From assembly GCA_035221665.1 (NCBI GenBank), contig CM069142.1, positions 7,378,001 to 7,442,000 of the forward strand: a stretch of 64,000 nt of DNA. The letters run 5' to 3'. The first letter of the stretch is position 1. Each line of letters starts with the position of its first letter. Shown piece after piece: positions 43,765 to 59,100 of this stretch. Under the pieces are notes generated by a model, which ran no database searches, had not been told where the DNA came from, and saw only the letters and a program-made list of their open reading frames with translations. The stretch is from Okamejei kenojei (Eukaryota). A program made the position numbers and the translations under genes.

Positions 43765-45715
43765 TAAATTTTAATTTTAATTTTTTTATTTTTTAGAAGT
43801 ACAGTAAATTACATCAGTGTACATCCCGTAAATATTATCACATTTATTGTACCCCTTAGTTTTTTAAAGCTATTAAAAAAGGATAGAAATAGAGAAAGTT
43901 GAGAAAGTGAGAGAGAATTGTGAAAGTGGAGAAGCGTGACGAAGGGAAAGAAGAGAGAGCCCTTAGTCTAGGAGTTAGAAAAAGGAGATCAAGAAATAGA
44001 CCATAGAAAAGAAGAAAGAGAAAGAAGAAAAAAGGAAAAGACAGTTGCTTTATTATAAATATCACGCAAAAGGAATTTACCAACTTGACAATTTTTCCAT
44101 CTCCCTTTACCAAGACCTGACGCCGGTGCCTTTTTAGAGTACTATTGCACCCTATCCTTGTAGTAAGTCTATAAATGCAGACCACGTCCTATAAAAGCGA
44201 TCTGATTTTCCTGCCAGGCGGAGTCACATATCTTCCAGGTGTAGTGTTTCAAACATAGTTGAAATCCACATATTTATTGTTGGTATAGGAGTGTTTTTCC
44301 AAAATTTAAAAAAAAGCTTTTTTCCAGTTATTAACCCATATTCAAATAGATTCTTTTGAAACACATTTAATTCAGGGGTACCTTCCGTTGTTCCAAAGAT
44401 AATTCATTCTGCTTTTGGTATCAGTTTTGTTTTAAATAATTTTGTGAAGATTTCAAAGATTTCAGTCCAAAATTTTTGAATTTTTATACAAAAAACAAAT
44501 GAGTGCGCTATAGTAGCTTCTTGAGATTTATCACAGATAGGTGAGACGTTGGGAAAAAGTTTACTTATTTTGGTTTTTGAATAGTATAATCTATGTAAAA
44601 TTTTAAATTGTATTAAAGTGTGTCTTACGTTAATTGGACATTTGTGCACATTAAATAAATGTTCATCCCACCTCTCTTTTGAAATTTTGATAGCTAATTC
44701 TTGTTCCCAGTCTCTTCTAATACCTTTGGTTGTTGGTATTTCTACATTTAAAATAATATTATATATATATGATATTAAGTTTGCTGATTCAGCCTTTGTC
44801 TTCATTGCTTCATCCAGTAGATCTAATGGCATATTGTAATAATCTTGTGCATATTTTTTCAGATAGTCACATATTTGAAAATATTTAAAATATTGATTGT
44901 TTCCCAGATGATATTTTAGTTTTAATTGTTTGAATGATAGTAGTTTTCCAGTTTCATACAAAGCTCCAAGCGTTTTAATTCCTACTCTTTCCCATTGTAT
45001 AAATGGTTTGTCTATAATTGAGGGTTTAAACGAAGGGTTATTAACTATTGGAGACAAGAGAGATAGATTTCTTAATTTTAAATTATATTTTATTTGTTTC
45101 CAAGTTCTAATAGTACTATGTATAATTGGATTTTTGTTATAGTTTGTATTATTCAACTTCATTGGTGAGAGAAGGATCGCTCCAATATTACAAGGGGAGC
45201 AATTCTCTTTCTCCATAATAATCCAATCCAGCTGCTGGGCAGAATTGTCCAGCAGTTATATCATACTTTTAATATTTACAGACCAACAATAATACATAAA
45301 GTTAGGGAGTGCTAATCCCCCTGCTGCTTTGGGTTTATTCAAGTGTATTCTATGGGATTTAAAATCCCATATAAAATTTGTAATGTCTGAATCCAATTTT
45401 TTTTAAAAACTTTATTGGTAGGTATATTGGAATTGATTGGAACAGGTATAAAATTTGTGGTAGAAAAATCATTTTTATAGCATTTATTCGGCCTATTAAA
45501 GACATCGGAAGCGTTTTCCAGAATTAAATTAAATTATATAATTTCTTAAGTAAAGGATTATAATTTGCGTTAAACATATCTTGATATCTTCTGGTAAGTT
45601 CAATACCCAAGTATTTAAATGTTTCTGTAGCTAATTTAAAAGGAAAATTTAAGAGGCGTGTTGAGTCTTTTGGTTTTATTGATTTCACTTTTGTTCCAAT
45701 TTATTCTGTATCCTG
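43765..45715 (-). mobile_element. 5'-truncated L1 (same subfamily as 28640-30392)
   Basis: 270-aa ORF 44404-45216 with IQFKILHRLYY...PICDK...HSFVFC (L1 Cys-rich C-terminus). Confidence 0.88.
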
Positions 45716-45859
45716 TATTCTGTATCAAGACAATACTTGATTTCAATCGAGTCATTTACAGTGTACAGATACATGATAAGGGAATACGGTTTGATGCGAG
45801 GTAAAGACAGTAAATCCTATCAAGGATAGTTCGTGGGCCACCAGTGAGATCGATAGTAG

Positions 45860-46280
45860 TTCAGCGCTGCTCTCTAGTTGTGGTAGAATGACTCAGTTGC
45901 CTGATTACAGGAGGGAAGAAACTGTCCCTAAACCTGGAGGTGTGCGTTTTCACACTTCTATACCTTCTGCCCGATGGGAGAGGGGAGAAATGGGAGTGGC
46001 CGGGGTGCGGCTCGTCCTTGATTGTGCTGCTGGCCTTGCTGAGGCAGCGTGAGGTATAAATGTAGTCAATAGAAGGGGGAGGTTGGTCTGTGTGATGGTC
46101 TGGGCTGCGTCCACAATTCGCTGCAATTCCTTGCGGTCTTGGATGGAGCTGTTCCCAAATCAAGCTGTGATGCATCCCGATAAAATTATTTCTTTGGAAC
46201 ATCTGTAGAAGTTGGTGAGGGTTGTTGGGGACATGCCGAACTTCCTAAGCCTTGTAAGGAAGCAAAGGCATTGGTGTTGA
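45860..46280 (-). mobile_element. Rex1/Babar-type 3' fragment
   Basis: HPGHSHFSPLPSGRRYRSVKTHTSRFRDSFFP, a typical Rex1 C-terminus. Confidence 0.75.
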
Positions 46281-48174
46281 CTGTTGACTGTGGATGAAAT
46301 AATTTTTCACCCAGAGAGTTGTGAATCTGTGGAATTCTCTGCCACAGAAGGCAGTGGAGGCTGAGTCACTGGATGTTTTCAAGAGAGAGTTAGCTCTTGG
46401 GGCTAAAGGAATCAACGGATATGGGGAAAAAGCAGGAATTGGGGTATTGATTTAGCATGATCAGCCATGATCAAATTAAATGGTGGTGCTGGCTCGAAGG
46501 GCCGAATGGCCAACTCCACCTATTTTCTAAGTTTCTATGTAACTGTTCCAGATGGGCTCGGTGGCATACATAACATGCTGAGGTGATTTTACTGTCAAGT
46601 TTAAAAAAAAAAAAATCAAAAATAAACTTTATTCAGAATACAAAAATACATACAAAACAAGATCAGCCATGATCATATTGAATGGCGGTGCTGGCTCGAA
46701 GGGCCGAATGGCCTATCCCTGCACCTATGTTTCTATCACAGCTTGTATTCCACAATGTTATCCGGCCCCAAGCTCCCCCTCCCACAGTCATGGTTTCATC
46801 AACCACCCATTGTCCCCTACACGCACACGTCAGGCACCTGGTCTTCCTGTCCCCACCTGCCATTGCCCGGGGCCTGACGGGGGTCAGGGCAAGAACAACA
46901 GTACACAGTGTGCCTGCCTTCTCCAGTTGGGGCATTGAGCACAGGAGTCAGGAAGTCATGATGCAGTGATATAGGACTCTTGACATTTGCAGTATAGTGA
47001 AGGTAGACACAAAATGCTGGAGTAACTCAGCGGGACTGGCAGCATTTCTGGATGGAAGGAATGAGAGACCCATCTTCAGACTGAGAGTCAGGGAGAGGGA
47101 GTCCAGAGATATGGAGGGATAAGGTGTGAAAAAGACAGATCAAAGCAGACAATGCTAAGGAAATGTAGAATGGTTCATTGTTAGCTGACGATGAAACAGT
47201 AACATTAATCAGAAGGACAGTGAAACTCGTCAGAGAATTAGGGTGGGAGAGGGATGGAGAGAGAGAGGAAGCAAGAATTACGTGTAAAGAAACCCCTCAC
47301 TCTAGATGGCGGACTGCAGGAGTGGGGCGCCGTTGTGTACGGCTGCTCTGCCTGCAGTCCGTCCTTTCACCCTTTTTTAAATTTTATTTTTAGTCCTGTC
47401 AAAAAACAAATGTTAGTTGGAGGTAGTTTATGTAGTGGGTGAGGGAGGGGAAGAGGGAAAGTATTTCCTAGTCCCTACCTGGTCGGAGAGGCAGCTTCCC
47501 TCCGAGCTGCTTCTTCGCCCCTTCCTCGCGGCCTACCATTGAAACTGGAGCGGTGTTTCCTGTCGGGACCGGCTGGGACTACAGCTTCAGCGGCGGCGCA
47601 GCGCTGGGATACCAACAGGGAGCGGGCGATGCTTTACCGGGTCGCCGTGCGGTAAGCTCCGGATTGCTGTGACCGCTGACTCCAACATCCGAGGAGCTGT
47701 GGCTGCGGGCGGGCGGCGCTGGATTTAAAAAAAAGCGGAGCCTGCGATCCGAGATCGTCAGAGTCGGAGCTCCAACTAGCCGCGGTCTGTGGGGAGGAAG
47801 CGGCCGTTCCAGGCATTTTCCAAGCCGCTGAGGAGTATTGACCCGACGCCGGTGTTCCATCTTCCTGGCAAACAGGACCTGAAAATGTCGGACTGGCTGC
47901 GGAGACCACAAATAGGCCCCGACCTCAGGTGTTTCACAGAGGACTTAACTTTTTGATGCCTTTCCCCACAGTGGAAAATTTTGATTCTGTTGTGGGGGGA
48001 CGTTCATGTTGAATTCAATAATCTGTTGTGTCATTTTTCTTATTTTTTAATTTTCCTATAGATGTACGGAAACTTTATTATTTATTTTATTATTTATTTT
48101 ATGTAAAGCACTTTGGTTTCAACGCAAGTTGATTTAAACGTGCTATATAAATAAAATTTACTACTTACTTACTT

Positions 48175-49350
48175 GACGTTAGAGAAATCAATGTTCATAA
48201 AGCTGGGGTGTAAGCTGCCCAAGCAAAATATGAGGTGCTGTTCCTCCAATTTGCACTGGGCCTCACTCTGACATTGGAGGAGGCCCAGGACAGAAAGGTC
48301 ACTGTGGGAATGGGAGGGGGGGTTAAAGTGTTTAACAACCATGAGATCAGATAGGTTTAGGTGGGCTTAGCAGAGGTGTGGAATCCGAGCCTGCGCTTGG
48401 TCTCGGATTCCACACCTGGAACAGCGGATACAGTAGATGAGGTTGGAGTAGCTGCAAGTGAATCTCTGCCTCACCTGAAAAGACTGTCGGGGTCCCTGAA
48501 CAGAGTTGAGGGGGGAGCTAAAGGGACAGGTGTTGCATCTCCTGCAGTGGCAGGGGAAGGTACCTGGGGAGGGGGTGGTTTGGGTGGGAAGGGATGGGTT
48601 AACCAGGGAGTTGCGGAGGGAATGGTCTCAGCAGAAGGCAGAAAGGGATGGAGATGGGAAGACATGGCCATTAGAGGGATCCCAATGTCGGAAGATGATT
48701 TTAAAAATCTCTTTCCTTGACGGAGTTGCGATTTTTTTCCCGTATTGTATCTCCGTCCACACTGAAGCCTAACACCGAGGAGCTGGTGGCCTCTTGCTGG
48801 GGATCGACTTTGGGAGCTCCAACCGCAGGAGCCTGCGGACTTAACATCATGGAGCTCGGGGTCCCTTGGTTAGGGACTGACTTCGGGAGCACCAGCCGCA
48901 GGAGCTTCGACCGCAGTGACTGCGAATGGTTTGAATACCCCGCTCGTGGGTAAATAAGGAGGAAAGAAGATAAGACTTTATTGCCTTCCATCACAGTGAG
49001 GAATGTGGAGGAGCCGCTGTGGTGGATGTTTATGGTAACTTTTATGTAGTTGTGTGTCTCGTTGCTTTTTTTCTGGTATGACTGCATGGCAAATCAAATA
49101 TCACTGTACCTTAAATGGTACGCGTGACAATAAAGGACCATTGATGTGTTGTATGCGACGGCTGATGGGGTGAAAGGTAAGGACTAGGGGGAGACTGTCC
49201 CTATTGCGAGTAGGGTGAGGGGGAGCAAGGGCGGAGCTGCGGGCTACTGAGGAGACACGAGTGAGGGCCTCATCTACTCTGGAAGAGGGGGACCCCCATT
49301 CCCTAAAGAATGAGGACATCTCAGCTGTCCTGGTATGGGACACCTCATCT
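48175..49350 (-). mobile_element. Penelope-like 3' (GIY-YIG region) fragments interrupted by another repeat
   Basis: Minus-strand PGTFPCHCRRCNTCP...FQVRQRFTC...LIYCIRCSRC and LPLVLTFHP. A similar 3' fragment lies on + at ~35790-35970. Confidence 0.7.
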
Positions 49351-51164
49351 TGAGCTCCATACCAGAATGTGGTTTGCAGGTAGACAGGGTGGTGAAGACG
49401 GTTTTCGACACGCTGGCCTTCATCGGTCGGGGACGGAGAGTGGAAGTTGGGATATTCATGTTACAGTAGTGCAACACGTTGATGAGTACGACACATGCAG
49501 TATTGGGTTCAGGTTTGGTCACCGTGCTTTAGGAAGGATGTTGTCAAGCTGGAAAGAGTACACGGAAGATTTATGGGAATGTTGCCAGGACTTGGGGGCC
49601 TGAGCTGTAGGGAGAGGTTGAGCAGACTTGGACTTTAATCCTTGGGTCGCAGGAGGATGAGGAGTGATCTATAGAGATGCGTACAATTCCTATATTCCCA
49701 GACCCATCCACAGCCTTGGTTGTGAAGTTACACTGTGGTCTCCAGAAACAGTCCCATGGAAAGACCATCTCCTCTGTAAGAGCTGGAGCCCTGGAATTAG
49801 TTAACACTGGTTGAGTTTAGAGTGTGATCCCACCTGATGCGCTCATTGGGAAATGGACAAGACCTACTATTCAAATGTGTACACACTCTCGCGCACAGTG
49901 TGGTCAGCATAGTCACTGAGCAGGGGCCAGCAGACCACCTGGTGGAAGCCTCACCTGCACAGCCATTCTGGACGTGGCAACTTGTGAACTCTCTCCTGGA
50001 CCTTCCATCAGGGCCCAGGAGACGGGAAGTTGCGGCCCTTGTCTGGGTCAGGACTAACGTGCTCACTACCTGGTAGACTACTCCGTCCATGCCCACGGTC
50101 AGGTCACCCCAACTGTAAACGTGATAAACTGCATTTAGTGTCAACACAACGGGCCACAAGTGGTTGTGCACAATGTTTAATCCATAATGTCCGCGCATTC
50201 GAGCTTTGTGTGTGTGTATTATACTGCAAACATCATCAACAAAATCATCTTGTTCTGGCTTCAGTTACCGCATGGAATGTTATCAAGACATTTCTGCACT
50301 CTGTCCTTGTACCAACCGCTATGTTCTGCCAGCCCACATAATGTGTAGACAATCGGCCAGTGTGGTGATAACTCCAACACACATCCTGTGTGGGCAGGAC
50401 GCTGGCCACGCTTGCATTATCTGGACATCAGTCATCCGGTCTCATGTTGAGTGAACAGCTGGAACATAGATCCTACAACATACAACATACAACACACAAC
50501 ATAGATCATACGACATAGATCATACAACATACAGCATACAACAGCACAGTGCAAGTACAGGCCTTTACAATGCCTCCAACATATCTTTCTCAACCACCAC
50601 CCCCCCAGCAGTGAGTTCCAGGCACCCACCGCCCTCTGTGTGAAAAACCTGCCTCACAAACCTCCTTTAAACTTTGCCCCTTTCACTTTAAAGCTACGCC
50701 CACTAATAACTGATTTTTCCATCCTGGGACAAAAGGTTCTGACTGTCTTCCTGAACTCTGCCTCTCATAATGTTCTAGACTTCTATCATGGCTCCTCGAT
50801 ATCTCCGGGCAATGCAGAGAAAACAATTCAAGACAGTGCGACCTCTCCCTGTAGCTAATCCCAACCAATCCAGGCGTTATTTCTGGTCAACATTCTGTGC
50901 ATTCTCTCTAAAGCCTTCACATCCTTCGTGTAATGGGGGGACCAGTACTGCACGCAATACTCCAAATGTGGCCGTAAACTATGGTCCTAATAAAGCTGTA
51001 AAGGACTTCCTGCCAATGTACCATCATGTGTTCTTTACTTTTCTCACTGGTGAAATAGTCATAGACGTCAACACAGCACGGACACAGGCCCTTTGGCCCA
51101 ACTTGCCATGCTGACCATGGTGCCCCATCCACACTAGACCCACCTGCCTACGTTTGGTTCATGC

Positions 51165-52160
51165 CATAGTCATAGAGTGATACAGTGATACAGCATGGAA
51201 ACAGGCCCTTCGGCCCACACCGGCCAACATGTCCCAGCTATACTAGTCCCATCTGCCCATGTTTGGTCCATATCCCTCCTATCCAATCCATGTACCTGTC
51301 TAAATGTTCCTTAAAAGTTGGGATAGTCCCAGCCTCAACTACCTCCTCTGGCAGCTTGTTCCATACACCCACCACCCTTTGTGTGAATAAATTACCCCTC
51401 AGATCCCTATTAAATCTTTTCCCCTTCACCTTAAACCTATATCCTCTGGTCATCGATTCACCTACTCTGGGCAAGAGGCTGTGCATCTACCCAATCTATT
51501 CCTCTCATGATCTTATACACCTCTATAAGATCACCCCTCGTCATCCTACGCTCCAAGGAATAGAGTCCCAGCCTACTCAACCTTGCCCTACAGCTCACAC
51601 CCTCTAGTCCTGGCAACATCCTCATAAATCTTCTCTGTACCCTTTCCAGCTTGACTACATCTTTCCTATAACATGGTGCCCAGAACTGAACACAATATTC
51701 TAAATGTGGCCTCACCAATGTCTTATACAACTGCAACATGGCCTCCCAACTTCTATATTCAATGCACTGAAGGATTTATGAAGGCCAATGTACCAAAAGC
51801 CTTTTTGACCAACTGTGGTTCCACCTTAAAGGAACCACACACCTACACTCCAAGATCCCTCTGCTCTACAACGCTCCCCAGAGGCCTACCATTCACTGTG
51901 TAGGTCCTGCCCACGTTAGACGTCCCAAAATGCAACACCTCACACTTTTCGGTATTAAATTCCATCAACCATTCCTCCACCCACCTGGCCAATCGATCAG
52001 GATCCTGCTGGAATTTTTCACAACCATCTTCACTATCTGTAAAACTACTAACTTTTGTATAATTTGCAAACTTGCTAATCTTGCCCTGTATGTTCTCATC
52101 CAAATTATTGATGTAGGTGACAAACAGTAACGGGCCCAGCACCGAACCCTGAGGCACACC
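51165..52160 (-). mobile_element. CR1-type LINE RT C-terminal part and 3' end
   Basis: GVPQGSVLGPLLF, ISKFANYTK, VRPHLEYCVQFWAP, RGDLIEVYKIM. Confidence 0.9.
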
Positions 52161-53197
52161 ATATCCTTCAGGATCTTTCCTATCCCCGTCCAATGTCCTT
52201 TTAATTGTTGTTATGGTACGAGCCTCAACGACCTCGTCTGGCAGCTGGTTCCATATACCCACCACCCTCTGTGTGCAGTGGTAGTCATAGTGAAAGAATA
52301 CTAACCATGGACCCCACTATTAATGCGGAGTGCACACAACTGTGTATCACAAAGTGACCCATCCGAGGGATGAGACAGTGCACAGTTTGCTGTGCCGACC
52401 CCCTGCTCTGGCCCACACTCCTCTGGCCATGTGCTTGTCACCAATTTACGCAATGGAACCTTCCTCTGCTACCATCATCTCCAACGTCACATCTGCAGAG
52501 AAGGCAGCAGCATGGACGCAGGAGGCTGAGAAGTGATCTTCTAGAGGGGCACAAAGGGGAATAAATAGGGTGAATGCACACAGTCCTGTACCCAGGGAGG
52601 GAAAAATCAATCCGCGGAGGCGCAACTTTTTTTCAAGTCAGAGGAGGTCTGAGGCAAGTTAGTCCTAGGTTTAGAGGGAAAAGGCCAAACGCGGGCAGGT
52701 GGGACTAGTGTGGATGGGGCATATTGGTCGGCATGGATGTTTAGGGCCGAAGGGCCTGTTTCCGTGCTGTGTGACCGTGACTTGGTGATTGCCTTCAACG
52801 TGTGGCAGCCCTGCCGACCACAAACCATCACAAACCGTGCGTGATTCAGGACTGGGCCCCCTGTGTTACAGCTCTGCACGTCTCTCGGACTCCTTGTGAT
52901 CAGAGAGTTGCCAGAGTTGGCAGTAGACTGATCCTGGAGAATGTGTGCAGCACAAACCCACGGCCACAACCGCCAATGACCATCGATATTGACCAGGGCA
53001 GAGTGGTGGATGCGGTTTACATGGACTTCAGTTACTGTGAGCTGCTCCACATGTGAGACTGGTTAGGGCCTGTGAGATCAGGGCAGGTTGGTGACTGGAT
53101 CCAACCTCAACTCACCAGAAGCAGACAGAGGGTGATTCAGTGGGTGATGAGTGACTAGTGTGTGGCCCATGGAACATCTAAACCTTTCCTATCCATG

Positions 53198-56100
53198 TAG
53201 GTATGTTACAAACCTTACCTTGAGCAGCGCTGCAGTTCTGCCGCTCCCCGTGAGCGTGACTTTGGCGCCTTTCAGAGGGGGGCATGTTTAAAGTGCCGTT
53301 TTTCTACAGACAGGGCAAATCGATCCATGTCAGGGGATTTCGCTCCGACATTTGATTTATGAATGTATTTTTAAATTAAGCTAGACTATTTATTAGCTAA
53401 AGTAATTTAAAAATCATCTTCTAAAGCCGTGAGCGGCGACAACGGGAAGGATTTTACGTAGGGGAGAAAATAAAGTGCACAGTTTATCTTTACATAAAAA
53501 CGTGCTTCTTAGGAAGCATTTAATCACATTTTCATGTTGCGAAATGGGGACAACAAAATATATGAACGGCAGTATTTTTCCTGCCGACTTCACCGCCAAC
53601 CGCATCGTTCTAGTCTACCGCATTCCACTAAAACCCACTCGCCAGTTGATTTAAATGGCCATTAATTTACAGGAATTAAACACTAAATTCCTTCCATTTG
53701 GCCTATAAATTCATGAAAATTAGATTTAAAAATCATGTTATATTGTGAATTTTTGTGTGAATGTTATTTGGACACTTAGGCAATTTAAAAATGTTTATCT
53801 TTTCTTAAGAAATGGATTGATGCACTTCCGGTGGCGCTATGGAGTAAGGCAGGCTCGCGCCATTTAGCATCGACGGGAAAAATTTCTAAAAAAACGGGGG
53901 AGGGGGAAAAAATCGGGACTTACCTGCACTAGAACGCTACCGGCTGCTTGCAATAAGCCTGTGACGTCATCAGGCGCATGACGACACCGACGGTATGTCT
54001 CACACAATATACCGCCCCAAACCGAGTGGGAGAAAAACCGGTAGGCCCGAACTGAAGCCTCGGGCTCAGTTTTAACAGCATCCCAAGAAGAAATCTCAAG
54101 GAAGAAAAAGACAGATGTGGAAGTAAAATTAAGAATTAAGAAGTTTCCTCGCTCTACAAACGTAATGGAAGAATTGAAAAAAAAACTTAAAAATAACTTT
54201 CACAGGATGAGGTGAAAACTTTAAAAAAATAAATTAAAGAAGAAATTAAAAAGATGTCATTGCTTCTGTACATGAAGTACTGGATTCCTGGAAGTTGACC
54301 ATGGAAGAAATCTAAATCAAAAGATTGAAGAGGTAAATGTTAAAATTGAATTTGATGGACTATCCAGATTTAATTCAAAGTTGGACCCCATCTCTCAGGC
54401 ACTAGAACAACAACAAAAAACTGTAATTGAATTAGAGGAAATTGCTGAAACAAGCTCAAAAAAAAAATACAAGCAAGCTTCTCTCCGAGAACAATGTTTA
54501 TCAGACTTATTGCATAAAATAACTGAAAAATATATTGACTTGGAGGGACGACAGAGACAGCAGAATCTAAGAATTATTGGCATCCGGGAAGGCAGAGAGG
54601 GGGATCGTGACCCCCGTGAATTTGCTGCAGATCTATTGAAGAACGTTTTAAATCTGGATCAAGCACCTTTACTTGCTCGGGCACATAGAGCATTGAGACG
54701 CCGCCCAAGGGCGGACGCCCCCCCCCCAAGACAAATGATAGTGAAGGTGCAATATGATCATGTTTTGGATGATATGGTGAAGAAAATCATTCACAGCAGA
54801 AATCTCGAATTTGAAGGAGACAAGATCAGTATATTTCGAGATTACCCGGTGGAGTTGCCAATAAAAGAGCATTGTTTACAGATACAAGAAGAATACTTAA
54901 GAATATAAAAAACCTGAGATATGGACTGATGTACCCTGCAACATTGAGAATCACCCACGACAAGCAAGGATACTTCATCACCAAGCATACAGAGGCCCTT
55001 AAATTTGCAAAGAACATCAAGAACATTGAGAATACTGAGAACATCGAGAGCGAGAGTGGCAAAGAGGATTAACACTTAACATTTAATATACATCTGATGA
55101 TACTTGGATATTGTCACTTACTGTGAAGAAATCGAACTTTAAATTACTATACCAAGGGACTGTCTTGAATATTAGAATGAAATGGGTAGTATCTTGTTAT
55201 TGTTACATCCATATTATTTTATATTTTAGTACTAATTATTACTAATTACTTCTAATCATAATTACTAATTATTAATTATAGTTAACTGGATCAACTTAGA
55301 ATTAGCTAAAAGGACAAATTATAAGTAATGTGGGTTGTGGCTTGTTATTAATTAATAACTAAGGCAATTTATTTAACTTAAAAAAATATATTTTTAAAAA
55401 GGAGGTTTACTCCTTGATACTTGATACTTTTTGACTAATCGTGGACTAATATTTTAGTTATATGAGACTAATATTTTACTTACTTTGAGATGATTAATTA
55501 TTCCATTACTTGAATATAACCATTGTTACCCCCCCCCCTCCCTCCCGTTTAATGTTTTTTTATTGAAATTGAAGCTTTTCTTTCAAGGAAAGTACGGAGC
55601 TAGTAATATTTTTTTTACCAAAAGCTAACGGAAGTCCTTAGATGTCTAGCCACATTAGAGTGGCCTATCACTAACTGCACTAATTATAGATGTAGTTTTT
55701 TTCTCTCTTTTTACACTTTACCAATAAAACACTCTCTTTATTTTTTCTATTTTATATTATATTCTAATCTATTGTAATCACTATTTGAATGGAATTATAA
55801 GTATTATTTAAGGAGATATGACCGAGAAGAAAACCTACAAGATCTAAAATTCATCTATCTGAGGTTCGGGTGTAAGGTGATGGTTAACAAATGAATCATC
55901 TGCTCTATAATAGACACCTTAACCATATGATGCATGACGTAAAAGTGAAAACTGGGGGTAGAAGGAATTAATTCTGTAGCTGGAATGTTAAGGGAATTAA
56001 TGAACCCATCAAGAGAGGCAAAGTATTAGCTCATTTAAAAATTGCTTAAAACAGATATAATATTCCTCCAGGAGGACTCATCTTAAAAAGGAAGCGCAAC

Positions 56101-59100
56101 ATAGATGAAAACAAAAATGGATTGCTCAACACGTATCATTCTTCATTCACAATAAATTAGAGGGGTTGCAATATTAATCCATAAAGGTATACCTTTCAAA
56201 CATATATCAACTATAGAAGCTCAATATTGATGGTAGATATATTGCAGTAGTAGGCCAAGTTATACTAAAAAAAAGTGACTCTGCTTAATGTATATGGACC
56301 AAATTTTGATAGCCCCACTGTTCTTCAAGAGAATACTTAATACTATTCCGGAATGCACACAAAAATAATTTGATAATCGGTGGAGACTTAAATTGTACAC
56401 TAGATTCCTATTTAGACAGATCATCAACTCAAAGAAAATCAAAATCTCCAGTCAAGTGAATTTTTAAAACTCATATTATTAACACTACAACATTAAGGAT
56501 GTCTGGAGAATTGAAAACTCATCCGGACGAGAATATTCATATTATTCACTGTGCATAAAACATATTCAAGGATAGACTATTTTTTAGTAGATTCTAAACT
56601 TATTCCATTTACCCACAATTCGCAATATCATAACATTATAATTTCGGACCATGCTCCATTAATGTTTATGATTAAACTAAACGGAATGGACAAGAAACAG
56701 ACACAATGGAGACTTAATCCTCAAATTTTAAATGAAAAGGGATGTTGTGAATATCTTGTAAAACAGATTAATATGTTTTTCGAGGTCAATGACCAGCCTG
56801 AAATTTCTGCCTCCCTTCTCTGGGAAACATTTAAAGCATTTATACAAGGGGCATTAATCTCCTCCCAGGCATTTCTTAATAAAGAGAATAGGGCTAAACG
56901 ACAGACATTGGAAATGGAAATAAGGCAATTAGACGTAGAAAATGCAGGAGCACCTTCATTGGCAAAACACAATAAAATTGCAGCACTGAAATATAAGTTA
57001 AATAAAATATACTCTGACCAAGTAATAAAACTGCATCAACATACAAAACAATTAAATTTTGAATTTGGTGATAAACCACAAAAACTATTAGCACGCCAGC
57101 TTCGCAAATTGGACGGGGAAAAAACGATTCATAAGATTAGATCAGATAACGGAGAAATATTAACATTCCCTAAAGATATTAATGACAGATTTTCACAATA
57201 CTATCAATATCTTTATTCAACTAAAGTGACAGAACAATCAACAGGAATGGAAGCATTTTTACAGAAATGTAACCTTAAAGGTTTAGATTTGCAAGAGCAA
57301 GAACTATTGGGTGCTGAAATAACGATAAAGGATATCAAAGAGTCAATTAGATCTTTTAAAAATGGAAAGGCCGCAGGCCCTGATGGCCTAAGCTCCGAAT
57401 TTTATTAAAAAAATTATGATCTGATTTCTCCACGCTTACATGTTTATACTCAACAGAAACTCCCGGAAACTTTAAACGAATCTACAATAATACTTATACC
57501 CAAAACTGATAAAGATCTGGAAGACCCAGCATCATATAGAGCAATAGCTCTTTTAAATACTGATCAGAAAATATTAACTAAAATCCTATCTCATAGATTG
57601 AGCTTAGTGATTAACAAATTAATACACCCCGACCAAACAGGTTTTATCCCAAAACGTCACTCATTTTACAATCAGACGATTATTTAATATTATATACTCA
57701 AATAGAATTGCTAATGCAGATCTAGCAATTATTTCGCTAGATGCTGAAAAAGCCTTTGATCAGGTAGAATGGTCATATTTATTTTCGGTGATGGAAAATT
57801 TTCAATTGGGAGAGAAGTACTGTACATGGGTTAAACTTTTATATTCCAACCCAACAGCTAGAATACTAACAAACCAAGTGTTATCAACTAAATTTAATCT
57901 TTCTAGAGGTTGTAGACAAGGATGCCCACTATCTCCATTATTATTCGCTATGGCAATTGAACCACTCACAGAAAGTGTCAGAGCTCATCCAGAAATACAT
58001 GGGTACAATACTAAAGATACAATGAATAAAATCTCTTTATATGCAGATGATGTATTAATATATATTACAAAGCCAGAAATTAGTATTCCAAATTTATTAT
58101 ATCAAATAACTCAATTTGGTCAGTTTTCAGGATATAGAATTAATTGGAATAAAAGCGAAATCATGCCAATAGCTAAACTCAATTTACATACACTACAACA
58201 ATCACCTTTTAAAATAGTTGAGGAAAGATTTAAATATTTAGGTATTTATGTAACTAAGATGTATACTTATTTATTTAAATCAAATTCCCCACCTTTACTG
58301 AATAAACTAAACAAGAATATTCAATATTGGAAAACACCCCCCATTTCAATGTTCGGTAGAATTAATGCTATAAAAATTATTTTTTTGCCGCAATTATTAT
58401 ACTTATTTCAATCCTGATATATATTCCAAATTATTATTTTTTTAAATAGACTCTACTGTTACAAGTTTCATCTGGGATTATAAGAATCATAGAATAAGTA
58501 AAAAACATTTATGTAAATCAAAGATTAATGGAGGTTTAGCTCTACCAAATTTTCTGTTCTATTTTTGGGCAGTCCATATTAAAAACATGATTTTTTGGCT
58601 GGAAGAAATGGATCAACAACCAGACTGGTTAAGGATGGAAAAGGAGGATTGTCTACCTTTTGAAATCGGTTCGATTATATTTGCACCGACAAAATTGAAC
58701 AAAAAAACCTATAGGGAAAACCCAATAATACATAGTGGTACACGAATCTGGAAACAATTAAAAAAGGCTTTAAAATTGGATAATATACCACTCTGCCTCC
58801 CTATTGTAAACAATCCCTTATTCAAACCTTCCATGCTGGATAAAGGTTTCACACAATGGAAAAATTATGGAATTAAAAAAATGGAACATCTTTATAAGAA
58901 AGGCACTTTTCTTTTATTTCAGGAGTTACAACAGATTTATGGAATACACTCAAATATTTTTTTTCGATATCTACAACTCAGAGATTATGTTAAATCAAAT
59001 ACACAAGATTATAGGAATAGGGAACCAGAAATCCTTGATGAATGTTTGAATAAGCATCCTAATAACAGAAAAACTAACAACTTATATTTATAATATCCTT

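Noticed and set aside
49700-50460. Unique-looking segment checked for BCL7 exon 2
   Set aside because: No EKKWVTVGDTSL-like frame or convincing splice-bounded ORF was seen.
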